Positions 1 to 13,527 of a DNA stretch of 64,000 nucleotides are shown here, one piece after another. The position numbers and the translations under genes are program-made. How positions within the stretch are numbered: the stretch's first letter is position 1; every line of letters begins with the position of its first letter. This DNA is from Antedon mediterranea (Eukaryota > Animalia > Echinodermata): contig NC_092671.1 in assembly GCF_964355755.1 (NCBI RefSeq), positions 5,766,001-5,830,000 of the forward strand, given 5' to 3'. The notes beneath the pieces are model-generated. The model made no database searches, was not told the DNA's origin, and saw nothing but the letters and a program-made list of their open reading frames with translations.

Positions 1-585
1 TATTATCATATATAGGCCTAGCAAATTATCAAAACAAACCATATTCTAAAAACAACTAAAATGTTTTTATGTTGTAAGGAGAGCTCGTTACAACACAAAC
101 GACATCTGTCGTCGATATCTTTATCGAATAAATTATTCTATAGGTGTAGGCCTAGATTACACTTGCAGAGGCCTACTTTGTGCGTGGGAACGAAGTCAAG
201 GTCGTTCCCGAAAAGCAACTTATGCGATTTCATATTAGGCCTATATTTATCCGTGATATGTGTATTTAAAATTACAAGGACCAGTGTATTTACTTATACG
301 TAGGCATTGACTCTATATACACTATTGTTTCATGAGTATGATACAATATTTTTGGGTTATATATCCGTTTTAAATCCAGCGTATTGCCGTCCGATTGAAC
401 GATTGTATACTATAACGTAACGACCTTCAAACAAATTTTATTAAATAAGTTATTAGAAAATTACAATTTTTTTTTCAAAACGGATGATGTTGTAACACTG
501 TCACAGTAGTGGATCAGCGACGGGATAAAAAAAACCACACCCATGAACAGGTAGCTAGCTCTGTGTTTAAATTGTCTATTGTTTC

Positions 586-746
586 AAGCTCACTATTAAA
601 CCATAGTTTGACAAAAAAGTGTGATGTGCCCAAATATATAGTAGTGATGTTCCCAAATATGTTAGTCATATGACATCATCATGTTCATATATGGGCACAT
701 CACATTGTTGTGTCACATAAACATTTCATAGTGTAGACAAGGCTTA
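586..746. mobile_element. MITE family A (termini AAGCTCTGTCTACACTATCAAAC...GTTTGATAGTGTAGACAGAGCTT, often within TTAA)
   Basis: Palindromic ~150-bp element with internal GTGATGTGCCCAAATATGGTAGTGATATGACATCAT core. Other full or partial copies at ~16071-16242, 24154-24295, 28993-29113, 51504-51647, 52370-52484, 53177-53243 and 53340-53421. Confidence 0.8.
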
Positions 747-2998
747 AAATAAACCTTACAATAACTTTGATAATGAACCCACTTATTTTCTAACAACGGT
801 GAACAGAATAAGAATCGTGAAATAACCCCATTTTTTTAAAGTTTGTTTATTCTATTCAGGACTTTTTAGTAATGTTGAAGAAGATAGGAATTTTAGGCTT
901 ACTGATTTTCAATGAATGACAATCGTTAACCGGGTAACATTGGTAATAAATAGGATTTTTTAATGTACATTCATTGGTCTTTCGATTGATATGTTTTTCC
1001 ATAAGAAAATACTTTAAATTTGCATAATTTTTAGAGTCAATTTTAGTGATTTTCCTATCCTAACATTAGGACATGGAATGTGATATTGATAATATTATGA
1101 AATCTTGATATCATTAAGATTCAAATTTCAAACGCGAAATTGTTAAATACTTTTATGAAATTATCACAGCTGTTTTCATACAATTAAAATGTGCGTCATA
1201 AAATATAGTAGTTTTGTTGTTTTCGATGTCTTATCAGTACAGTAGCGTTTCACTTTCGTCACTGCAGTTAAAAATAATAATACATAAAACATGTTTTTAT
1301 TACGTTGTTTCTAAAAATGGTTAGATTATTTGTTTTTTTTATTGTTACATCACGTTTTAAAGGTATATAATATAATAACACCCATATTTCTTTTGTTCCA
1401 AAATTCTACTTTTGCAAGGTTTCCACCAAACCTATGTTATTATTACATGTTTATATTTATTAATACACTAACACTTTCTTTGTGGAAATAATAGTTATAT
1501 AATAATTTCGAACTTCTTAAAAATCAAAAGTGATTGTTATGTAATTCTAATTAATAAACTGACCAAACAACACAAATGTATTTGGCTTTCGAATCTATTA
1601 TTATACAATTCAACTTAACTTTTGTTTCTTTGTAATTTCTTTGCATTATGAGAACATTGTTGATTTGGTGTTTGGTTTTTGTGTCGCCCACACATCACTG
1701 ATTTTAACACCAAAATGACTCATAATAATGCTTGCGTGACTAATCAATCAGAAGTTATCAATTTTGTAAAGAACGTAAATTTAAATTATAATTAGAAAAG
1801 AAATATTGTTCATTACTTCGAACTCTGTATATCAATGTATTGTTTTAATATCAATCACTGTTGAAGCATGACTACATTTTATTGCTCCATGCTTGAGTGA
1901 ACGTCATCTCCTCTCTCTTGTTGCATGCTTTCGAATCAGGGCCTTGATTTTGTGCAAAATAATAAATAATATAACATACTTTTTTAAAATTACAGTTTTA
2001 AAATCAACATTCTCATTACAAATCGAAAAAAACCTTAAAATATTGAAATGAAGCTCGTGCACAAAAAAATTGGAGTGAAATTTCATGTAAAATTGAAATC
2101 TTTTACTTTTGACAATTTCTTCGGGACATTGTTGGGATTGAAGCGTTTTTTTGCGTTTGGTTTAAGCTTACAGTGAAATCGTCGACCGATACAATGCCGC
2201 TAATATCCGTTTGCCGATGTTACTAATACAAATCTATAGAGAATACAAAACTTTGACAGTAGGCCCATAGAGATATAATATCTCTATGGTAGGCCTAATT
2301 ATCATATTTAAAATAATAAACACACACGTTTGGAATCTATAATATGACATGACAGATAACATATGGGATATAGGAAAATTTGGAAACGTTCCGTGCTCTT
2401 ATAGTTATCCTCTTTATTAGCTATACTCTACCTAATTAAAAATGGGTTAAGTTGCTAAAAAAAAAATAAATTGCTGGTTGTTTTTTCTCCAATGTATTGG
2501 GACTTTTAATAAGAATGAGATTGCTTGATCATGAAAAAAAACTTAGGCCTATTCCTCGTAGAACGATGGATATCACACTACCAGGAGTGAAATTCCGACT
2601 CATAGTATTGTTACAAGTACGTCACAGCCGGGTAACCGTCATAATGGCGGATTAATTCATCCATTTGAGTCACATAATCCTACATTATTTGATTAAATCC
2701 TCACAAGCATAATCACTGGTATTCGAGTATAATCGAAAGTTTGAATGAGGAGTAACATATAATCGTGATGACCTCAGAAATCGGGTTTGCGTTAAATGAA
2801 ATAAAGATTGTCTGCCACCGGAACTTGATCCATATTAGGAAATAGGCCATATTAGTACGCGTGCCTTGGCATAGAATATAAACAACACTTGGCTTCTTCT
2901 GGTGTCAGTTGTAGGATAAATCGCACGCTGCTTGGAACTCTATTGAATCTGAGAACAATTTCTAGAATTATTATTTGTGTGTTCCACTAACTTTGAAG

Positions 2999-5900
2999 AT
3001 GAAAATCCAAATAACATTAGCGTGTTTATTAGCTGTTGTGGTGTACTGTTCAGGAAGAAGAATTAAACGTAAGTAACAGAATCCAAGTAAAGTATAAGAT
3101 AGAATAAAGATTTCCTTTAAACATTTTTTTTAAATTTAGGTCACAGACTGTATACCGTTTCCTTTGTTTAAAAAAAAGAATAATAGCATACTACAGTATA
3201 TTGATAATTCTAATAGGCCTATATATTGTAATTTTGTTGTGACTATTACTCTTGATTTTTTCTCTAACTTTATCCGTGGGACATACCAGCCAGTATGTAT
3301 ACAAATCCTCCTTGCTTAAAACCGGTACAGTACAGATATATGAGAAGATGCAGTCCCTTGACCTAGTAATCTGATACCGAATTCCTAACTTCATGCTATT
3401 TTTGTTTATAAGCTATGGTAAATCCGTTCTGTCGTATGGAGCTATTATCTAATAATGTCCAGTTATACTACCTGTACTATATTTTGTGTTTAAAACAAAA
3501 ACGGCAGTGATATGCAATGGTTAAGATTCTAAATTATGTACGCATAAAGAAACCGGAAAAAGATACGACGTTATTACGTAATCATAGTTAGGCCTACCCG
3601 CTTCTCCAACCAATATCTTGTGTAAGATAAACAATTATAAAGAATTTTATTTATATTGAAGATCTTGCCTCAATTTGCAATGTTTTACAATACATATTTC
3701 CTTAAACAAGCACATGTTTATCGATTTCGTTTAAAAAAGGTTACAACACAGAGTATAACATTTGTTAATGAAAAGGCAGACGAAATAAAAAAAAATTATG
3801 GAGTTTTGTTGACAACATGATGAGACAGGTGGTTCTACTGTACCAATGATTAATACATTTGTTCGCTGTACTTTTCTTGGTGGTTACTGAATGTGATAGG
3901 TCAATTAAACTTTGTAATACAGCCCTATTAAACTATGGACCTATAAATTAGAATGTATAGGTCCATGATTAAACAAATAAAGTAACTTTGTTGTACGGGT
4001 ATTGTGTTATTTTAAAATTAATTTTAGAATTACTGTATTGGTTAATTTAAAGAGGGCGACAACACAGCAATATTTCATACCTTTTGTAATTTTGTAAAGT
4101 CATGGAAAGAGTGAAATTCTTCCCTGGTAAAGTGAAATGTAATTGTAATAAAACACTAGTGCAGTGGCTTTAAGATTGAACATTTTCAACATCAGTACCC
4201 AACTTTGGACACATTGAACTTTCGACTATAAATCTGATGGGTTGGCTTAAGTGATTTAAATCCTGATGATGAAAAAAATAGTAAACTGTCTAATAATAAA
4301 ACAGCAGGGAATGAATATTAATGATTTTTTTAGTCTAACTCCTGAACCTGGTATAATACTGGAACATTGCTGAAGGGAGACAAGACTCTCCATCGTATAG
4401 ATGTATGGTACAGTAAATGTCATCACTGAGCCTAGCACTTTATTATAAGAAGATTTCATTTAACATTAGAAATATCAGCGCATTAGTCTGTCATTCGCTA
4501 AGTGCATTAAAATATACCAGAACTGATGATGTACAGTAGTAGTAAATTACGCGAGATGTAATAATGTTTATTAATTAAATTAACTAAAAGATATATCAAT
4601 TGAACCATGTAAATGAATATGATGCATCATGACTTGACTATTTTCTAGAACTGGTTATTTTCTGGTAAATATTTATCAAGATAAAAGATGATTTTTTTTT
4701 TGCTTCAGATTTTCCTTTTTTTCCCTAAAATGTTATATAAAAATTGTAATTTTGAAATTTATAACAACTTGTCTGCAATACAGATACATTCAATGGAGAA
4801 TCAGCACCATACGAGTAAGCATTTGAAAGATAATGGTACATGTATTTAATTGTTTTTTTGTTTGTTTAATTGATTAACTTATATAGTTGGATGAAGCCAT
4901 GTCCGGTATCCAATAATTAGCATCCATGGTAGAATCGAATGTTTTTTTTAAAGATAGGCTATATATCAAAGGCTAGCAGGAAGTGATACTGTATAATGTA
5001 CGTACTGTATGGGAATTACTTCATTTTTTAACGGTGACGATGAGAGGATTTGTGAGACTTAAAAAAACCTGCCGCAGCCCCATTGACCTACGTGATTACT
5101 TGAAGAAAAGAACAAACTAATCTATATATGTGTACCGCCAAACCAAAACCAGGCGTTTGTCGGCAGCAAGGGATTTCTGTAAAATGCTTCTGAATGTGTA
5201 AAACCTATATCTTGACCATTTTTAGTTTTTTAAATATTCTTACAGAAAATTTACCGTAGATTCCAAAAATCTATGTATTTTAAAGAAATTATAAGTATAA
5301 ATCAATGAAAATAACATTTTAATGAGACCCCCTTTTTCGTCTTTGGTGAAAAAATCAAGTTCTATTCTGTAATTTGTGTCTATTTCTAACCAACTTTTAC
5401 CACTTTGATTATGAGAAGACCCCTTAATGTGTGGTATTTTTAGAAAGCTCGTGAAAAAATCTTTCCAAAGATGAAGGTTGTAGGTCATGTAAAATAATAG
5501 TATAGCCAATCAAACACATTCTTTAATAACCTTTTGGTATAAGCAAACCAGTCTTGTTGCTACGGAATCCTGAAACAGGCAATTTGATTGGCTAACAGAG
5601 TGGCTCAAGTCATTGAAGCGTTAAATTTGCCTTTAACAGCTATTCAAAGTACACTGAGGAAGCGGTAAGGTTTTAACAAAACATTCTTACTGTAAAAAAC
5701 ATTCAATATTAATTTATACTTGCTATTTATGCATCCTAGATAATAATAAAACAACATAGAATAGTTTAATGATTTATATAATATGAAAAGTAGAAATATT
5801 GGCTTCGCTAGCGAATCATAAACAACAAGAGGTTAGAAAGTACGAAATGACTTTCTAGCGCGACACACTCAGTTTGGTGAACACAGAAACACTTTTGATC

Positions 5901-7430
5901 AAAATATTAGGCCTAGCCTAGGCATAAGATAAGAGATGAACTGTATGCCAGCTTAGTACTTCAAGTTAGCCTAGTAAAACCACCTAGCATACCTTGGTCT
6001 AGGCCTAGGCCAAAAAAATGATTTTTTAATGTGTTTAAAAAAGTTTAATTTAATTTTTCATTCTGTTTTCAGATCTTGATTGGTAATACTGTAATGTAAT
6101 ACCAATAGTTTTGACAGTGGTGGTGATGCTGTTGCTACTTTCTCAAACAACTCCAATAATGGTGATACGATGCTTAATATAACTTTACAAAAATGACTTT
6201 GATTCTGATACATGAAACATGTATTCTATTATGCAACGTAACCCTGAATAAAACCGTGAAATAACTGTATAGAAAAATATGTATGTATTTAAAAGACCCG
6301 GCACAAAAGATGAAAATACTGTTGTTGTAACACGCAGCCTGAAATGACCAAAATGTTATAATTTAAAGTGTACCAATTGTAAATAAATTTAAACACATCA
6401 AACACAATCAACTGTCTGTGTATCTTTAATTTTGGTTCGTTTCTATGTGTTTATTAATAGTACTTATTATAGTTATTACAAGCCTCACACATAACATAAG
6501 TTTAGTAAAAAAAAGTTTACTAACGTATGTTGTTATTTGAAGTCTCATTTGACAATGTTAATGTTACTGGATTTCTTTGAAATTTTTAATGATTATAGAA
6601 AAATGTATTAGTTACATTTGTGCTAAATTTCAAAGTCATAGGTATACTACAAGTTAGCGTTGTCAAGGTGAACATGAGTCGCTGTCTGCCAGCACATTTA
6701 AACTTCCTGTTTGAACTATTGTTTATCTTTGAATGCATTTTTCACTGCTAAATAAAAATTAATTCTTACTTGTATTTCTTTACTTATTGTATCATAACTC
6801 TAAAAATACTTGACCAAATTGAATAATTTTTTCAGTATTTTAAAGCAAATTATGTGCTCTGTACAAATATCTTTAAAACTCAAAATGTCACATTTACGAC
6901 AAATGCCTGGTTTTGATTTGGCTGTACACATATGTAATCATGTGTATTTCATTCATTCAACATTTATTTAGAAACAATAAATAAAAGGAGAATAGATTTA
7001 CAATAGCTTTCCTAAAAAAATCATAAATGTTTTAGATATTCGATGTGATGCATACAGAAAAGAAAGAAAGACTACTAAATTTATCTCCAAGAAACCCACA
7101 GTTGACAATAATATAGTGGACTATTATAATCATCTGTTCTATTCTTGTATATTGTTTGTCATTGTATTTTAATCCGGAGTTCCGTTGCCTTAGAGCATAA
7201 TCGCCACAGTTGTCTTTATTTTCCGTCCCATTGCCAACTTGAACCTAAAATTCACGCTTTTGTCACGCAATATGCCAAATATAGTTAAATGCCTTATTAT
7301 TATAACTAATTTATATTAATATAAATCTTTAATAGATAAGACAGATAAGTCAAAGTAGTTTTGATAGTTCGGCGTAGGTGTTATATTGATGACAATACTG
7401 TAGTTATCAACTATTATACTTTTACATACA

Positions 7431-7497
<67 letters not shown>

Positions 7498-10400
7498 CAA
7501 TTCGAAATTATAGAGTAGGCCTACTACTGTGGCAATCAATCAATGTCTTGATGAATTTACAATTTCAATAAATACTGTGAAGAAATCAAGGTTATTTTTA
7601 ACCATGGACACAATGTTATCAAACACGAAGGTCCAATCAATTAATTGTGCGTGTCTTTAAGATAAATAACTTGATTAAAAAATAAGTTAATTAAAAAAAA
7701 TGTAGTGTAAAGTACACGTACACACAAAAGAAGCTACCAACGTGTGTATTGTGTGTAAATTAGTTGTGAAGAGAAGGCAAACGCTACATTTCATCTAGGC
7801 ATGACCAATTTCATTTCTGGGTTTAAATTAATATCTCTTGATTAAATTAATTCATTTTTGATGAGCAAACCCCAAAACAAGCTCAATCAAGTTGTACACT
7901 CAATGGGTTTATGGTCTGGTTGCCTGATAGATCCATAAATAACAAAAAACACCGCTCATCTCACAATAACTACCGTACTGTCTACAGGCATCTCAATATT
8001 CATAGCCTCTTTTTTCCCAGACGTGCTTTGGGGTGTGCGCATGTCCAGTCCGGGTTTTCAGATTATAAGTTACCGCATGGTAACTGCTTTATAATGTTTC
8101 CATTCTCTTTAAAATAACTTCCTAAAGGAGTGGCGCGAAACGTCACGCCACCGCACAATGTCATCCCGCTGTTGTCTGTGTAGGCTAACACTAGTAACTG
8201 TTGCATGTCAACAAAATCTGCCGATGATTGAACCTGAAATCTTCATACCTTGATCATGCTATCTATAAATTTTACCGAAGGTTTACAATTTCATTTCAGA
8301 TAAAGTTATGAATTTATGACAGGAGTGATATATTGAATTGCAATCGGATGATGCTCCTTTTATCCACATCGAACGTTAAACTTACGATGTTGGAATTTGT
8401 CTATGGATCTCTTTGCCTATAATATTAAGATTACGAGATTACATGACATTACTATCTTAAGATTCCGATGAAGTCTCAACGGTGATTATCCTGATGTTAG
8501 GTGTAAAACATTTGTCAAAGTGTTATTTCCCGTTGATCCTAATCCGCGAACCAAATAAGGCATGTTCCCGTTGCCTCGGTACCTCGCCGTAATATAATAT
8601 AATGAATAATAATAATAATATACTGAAGTGTGTTGGAATAAAAATAATTCCAACAAACTATATAAGATAAAATACGATCTTTCGTCAATTTCTACAAAAA
8701 ATGCCAGTTAAAGAAACGTGCGCGCGTAAAATCAGTTTGCGTTTTAGTTAAAGTTACGTGAAACCCTATTTTAAGGAATACCTTTTCGATCCAACGATGT
8801 TCCCCTTTAATACAGTAGAGATGTACCGGAATATAGGTTGGCTTAGTGATCTGTATATTTCTTCTCGTTTTACTGATATAGGGATGTCGCCCTTTCTTTA
8901 GATTGCCAAGTTAATTTTGATAATCTGTTTTTTACAGGACCGAATTGCGATTCGTCAAATGGGAAAAAGGTAGATGGATTCAGCTGTGGTGATGGACAAT
9001 GCATATGGAAAAGCTTGGTAATAATCTACTTATAACTACTGCTAGTATAAGATATATCGATAAGGATCGAAGAAAACTTAATAGTACAGTAGATGAATTT
9101 ACTACACGCTGTAAAGTCATCTACTTACGTTAAGTAACTCTGTAGAGTCAGTATTGATTAGTTTTCAGTTTCAGTCTTTTTTATAAAGATAGGTGTCTAT
9201 TTCAATACAGTTTAAGCTTAAATTTAGTTTTTATTGGTTTTGTTATGATACTGTACAGCAACGCAACTGTTGTTTTCCTAAACACGTTTAAAACTGTGTT
9301 TTTTCAGCAACCACGCGATGGAGAACAAGACTGTTGTAATAGATGACTATTTCAATACAGTTTAAGCTTAAATTTAGTTTTTATTGGCTTTGTTATGATA
9401 CAGCAACGCAACTGTTGTTTTCCTAAACAAGTGTAATACTGTGTTTTTTCAGCAATGCGATGGACAACAAGACTGTTTTAATCGATTTGATGAAGAAGAC
9501 ACGTTATGCGGTGTTGATACGTACGTTTGTAAAGAAGACGAGTTTGATTGCGGAGACGGCTCTTGCATCAGTGCCTCCAAAAGATGTAACAATAAAAGAG
9601 AATGTAAAAATGGGGATGATGAGAAAAATTGTGACGATATGTATTGTAAGTCGACTATTTAATGTTATCTATCGATTGAATATTGTTAATTCGGTCCAAC
9701 AATTTGTAGGTTAATTATCCAATAATTTAATCCGAATGATTTATTAACTTTATTATTATAGCTTTGAAAACAAGATCGTCATTAGTACGGTGTCGCATGA
9801 CATACAATGTAAACACATACCGTATTCAGTACAGCTGTGTTTAAAGAATAAATACTATTTAGTCTCATTGCTCTAAATTCAGATCCGTTAAGTATAAAAA
9901 AACAAACATCTCTGTGTATAGTGGTATTGGTACACATTTCTTGATAAAACTGTAGGCCGACATTTAATCATCTTTAATGAATACGGGTCCAAACGATGTA
10001 TACAGCCAAGCTTAACGTTGTTATTGTTTAATATTATTTTACCATTTCAGTAATCCGACCAAATTGTGACGAGACCAATGGTAAACCTGTCAATGGAATC
10101 GATTGCGGTGACGGTCAATGTATATTAACAAACCAGGTTAGATAAGCAACATAAGCCTATAAATACGTTTGTTTATGATATTTATGATTTGTTTTATACA
10201 AAGAACACCATCTTTTTAAATGAGGGACTAACTAAAAAAACAGTATACTCACAGTAGCACAGCACAGTAGTATAGTTGAAATACGTACAATATACGAATA
10301 AATCCGAATGAAGATCCGAGTGAATATCCGAATGTAGACGTAACAACGAGCATAACGTATATTAGTTTCTTCTTACATTCTCTTCTCCTATCATTTTTGC

Positions 10401-11446
10401 TGTGTAACGATGTTTTTGTTTATGATTTACATTTGTTTATATACTCAAGACCACCATCTTTTTAAATGAGAGATTAACTAAAAAAAATATTAGTAGTAGT
10501 AGTAGTACTCACAGTAGAACTGTTGCATAGTTTAAATGCGAATATATCCGAATGAATATCCGAATGAATATCCGAATGAATATCCGAATGAATATCCGAA
10601 TGAATATCCGAATGTTGACGTCGTAACAACGACCTGTTGAAACTGCAACAAGAAAGTGCTGCGCAAAGGTATATTGGTTTCTTTAGCTTACTTTCTCTTC
10701 TCCTATCATTTTAGCTGTGTAACGATGTTCAGGATTGTTTTAACCGGATGGACGAATCATCTTCGACCTGCCCTGACAAGTTTGCAAATCTTTGTACTAA
10801 AACAGAATTTCAATGTGGTGATTCTAAGCAGTGCGTACCGTTAACAGACAGATGCGACGGGAATAAAGATTGTAGAAATAACGCTGATGAATACAAGTGC
10901 TCCAACAAAAAATCGTGTGGTAAAGGCAAAATTGACTGTGGCGATGGTGTTTGTTACAAACTAGATAAAGTAAGTTATCCCTTAACAAGCGTGACTTACA
11001 AGCGATGGATTATCTGAATTTCGCTTGTGATTGGTCAACTTGCCTGAGTTGCGCTTACGTTCTTGCGTTGCGAACTAGTGGGAACCAAGCTTTAGGACGC
11101 AAGGTCGTAAGCGCAACAAAAACGTGTTGATCAATGACAAAGTGAGTTCGGATAATATATTGCTTGTGATTGGCCAATTACTTGCGTTACGTAGCAACCA
11201 AAAGATAGTTTCCATCGCAAGGACTAGGGGTAACGCAAATAATTTGACATGTCACAAAATAAATCACATCTGCACAAATTTAAATAGTGAAAACTAATGA
11301 CCCCAACTATCACGGATTTTCTCATCTTTATTGTTTCATATTATTTATTGTAATAATTGTAATTTTCTGTCTCTCCATAGTTATGCGATGGTCGACAAGA
11401 TTGTTTCAACAACTCAGATGAAAAACATTGCACACCAAATGTATAA
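2999..11446 (+). CDS. Secreted LDL-receptor class A repeat protein (5 LDLa modules, no TM), ~249 aa, 6 exons
   Basis: Exons 2999-3068, 8938-9017, 9453-9645, 10051-10136, 10715-10969, 11381-11446. All introns are GT-AG, phases are compatible and the total is 750 nt. Signal peptide MKIQITLACLLAVVVYCSG, then five LDLa modules, e.g. CKEDEFDCGDGSCISASKRCNNKRECKNGDDEKNC and CTKTEFQCGDSKQCVPLTDRCDGNKDCRNNADEYKC. Stop after ...EKHCTPNV. The exon 1 link is the least certain part. Confidence 0.85.
7435..7493. repeat. (TA)n microsatellite
   Basis: Uninterrupted TA run of ~29 units. Confidence 0.98.
10540..10613. repeat. 12-bp tandem repeat (GAATATCCGAAT)n
   Basis: About 6 copies; shorter related array at ~10296-10333 in the duplicated intron segment. 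Confidence 0.9.
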
Positions 11447-12260
11447 GCATAAATGACGTTCCTAACCTCAAATGAAGTCATTTACCTTTAACCTTTGACC
11501 AATGATGACCAGTGACTTTCGAAAGGAACTGTTCATTCAGTTTTAGCAAACTTTGTTTTACATTTAATAATTGTACAGTGATTTTGTGGAGCTAACGTGT
11601 ATATAGGAATAATGTGTCTGTCTTGTATATTTCAGTGTTGATAATTAAAATAATTAAAACACAAACTTGTTCATTCCGGTTTATGTGTATGTTTTCTGCA
11701 ATTTTATTGTTAATATTACTTCCAGAATATCACAAACAATTTATTTCCTTCATGAAAGGTGTTGGTTCGGACTCGTTCAGTCGACATAATAACCGATATC
11801 AGCATGCTTTCAATATCTCACGTAACTTAACAAACTAAGTAATTGTTTATTAAACCTAAAATTAAATTATTTTATAAAAAGTAGGCCTATAGTTTTTCCT
11901 CGCATATTCCCTGTTTTCGTGGGTTTAACACACCTTTTTCTTCCTATTTTTTATCCATAAACAAGTACAGTCAACTCTCCCAATGCCGGACTCTTTGAAA
12001 ACCAAGAACTCTCTCAAAACCACACAAATTAATATTTACGATTACAAATGTACTCCGAATACGAGACTTTCCGAAAAAACATGACATATTAGGAACATCC
12101 CAAACGGTATTGGGACAGTATATATACAGTATATCTAGATTTTTTTATATTTGTTTTCAGCTAAACACATTACAGCACAGGCGTCAATAGAAAAAATAAT
12201 AGTTTATACCTTTAGAAGTTTGTAATCAATGTAATAGTCTCAATGATATAATGTGGTTAA

Positions 12261-13343
12261 GGGTGTCACGAAACCTAAGACCACGAAAGCTAAGACCCCC
12301 TAAGACCTAAGATCACGAAAGCTAAGACCCAAGACCTAAGATTACAAATATTTATCTTTCGCACCTACCTTGTATTTTAACTCCCAACATTTATTCTGAA
12401 TACCACACCTTAGAATTGGTACTTTCATGAAAAAGAATCACATAAAAAGTAACAAATACATTTTTAAATTGATGATTTTACAGACATTTTTCTCGCACAC
12501 AAAATGACTAGCCTACAGTACAGTAGGCCTACCCCATGTTCAATGTTTTTGTTTCTATGGAACGTCAAAAGAGCAAACATTATATAGAGGGCTGAAAACT
12601 CTGTGGAGTCCATCTACAGTGTGGATGGAACAATGTAAAATTAAAATTGTAATGATAATAGTATAATCATGCAAGTACGAGGAAATAAATACTGGCAAAT
12701 AAATTTTAATTAAAAAATCATGATAAGTTTTTTTTTGTTTCGTTTTCTTTCTGTTTTTATACTTGTACTATTATTGTTGCTCTTTTGGCGCTCCATAGAA
12801 ACAAAAACATTGAGCATGGGGAGCTCGAGGAGTTACATTACAGGATACAAAGTCTCAAAGAAACACATCTGTAAAATCATAAATTTAAAGGATTTATTTA
12901 TTTGTTATTATGTGTTTCTCCTTCTGAAAGTACTTATAAGTCCTAATTTTAAAGTGTGGTGTTCAGGATAAAGTTAGTCAACAAATTTGGAGTCAAAATA
13001 CAAGAAAGGCAGGTGCGTAAGAAAAACATCCTCTGAACCAACACAATGGAGTAAATATATACAAACAAACACCCCGTCAAGTTTGTTTGTTGTAAAGAAA
13101 AAATATACATTTACTCAACGGGCGAAAATAATGTGAGTTTATCTATGTTTTGCGGTGGTATTAAATTATATTTATGGTAATAAATGAAACCTACTGTGTT
13201 TAAAATTATGTATGGATAAACAAGTATTGTTTTTAAGCTGTAGTATATCTTAGAATTTGTAATCTTAGGTCTTGGGTCTTAGCTTTCGTGATCTTAGGTC
13301 TTAGGGGGTCTTAGCTTTCGTGGTCTTAGGTTTCGTGACACCC
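12261..13343. mobile_element. Non-autonomous Mutator/foldback-like DNA transposon with repetitive TIRs and 10-bp TSD
   Basis: ~88-bp perfect TIRs beginning GGGTGTCACGAAACCTAAGACC, built of CTAAGA subrepeats. Identical flanks ATGTGGTTAA at 12251-12260 and 13344-13353. A second, diverged inverted repeat lies inside (~12360-12576 vs ~12776-13017). No transposase ORF. Confidence 0.88.
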
Positions 13344-13354
13344 ATGTGGTTAAA

Positions 13355-13527
13355 GTACAGTAACCGAGACCTAAACCAACACTCACATACATTGATGTAC
13401 TAGAGATGAATACTGGTACAGAGAGAAGAACTGGCTGTCACAATAGCAGATAGGAAGTTATGGAGGAATCTAGTCATATATAGTATAGTCATATAAGTTC
13501 GGCTATGTCCCGGACTAAGTAAGTAAA
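13355..13527 (+). mobile_element. Degenerate 3' end of an RTE-clade non-LTR retrotransposon
   Basis: Frame-shifted translation ...PTLTYIDVLEMNTG...ELAVTIADRKLWRNLV... followed by a TAAGTAAGTAA tail; resembles RTE C-termini (TYID...DR..WR). Confidence 0.55.

Noticed and set aside
61-2900. Short ORFs and possible promoter elements at the window start
   Set aside because: No domain signal or coherent exon chain; AT-rich intergenic DNA with MITE pieces. No promoter could be supported from sequence alone.
4784-4814. Candidate 31-nt micro-exon (cAG...GTAAGC) in intron 1 of the LDLa gene
   Set aside because: Including it shifts the frame between exon 1 (phase 1) and 8938 (phase 1). Direct splicing gives IKRPNCD, matching the paralogous IRPNCD. 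No compensating exon found.
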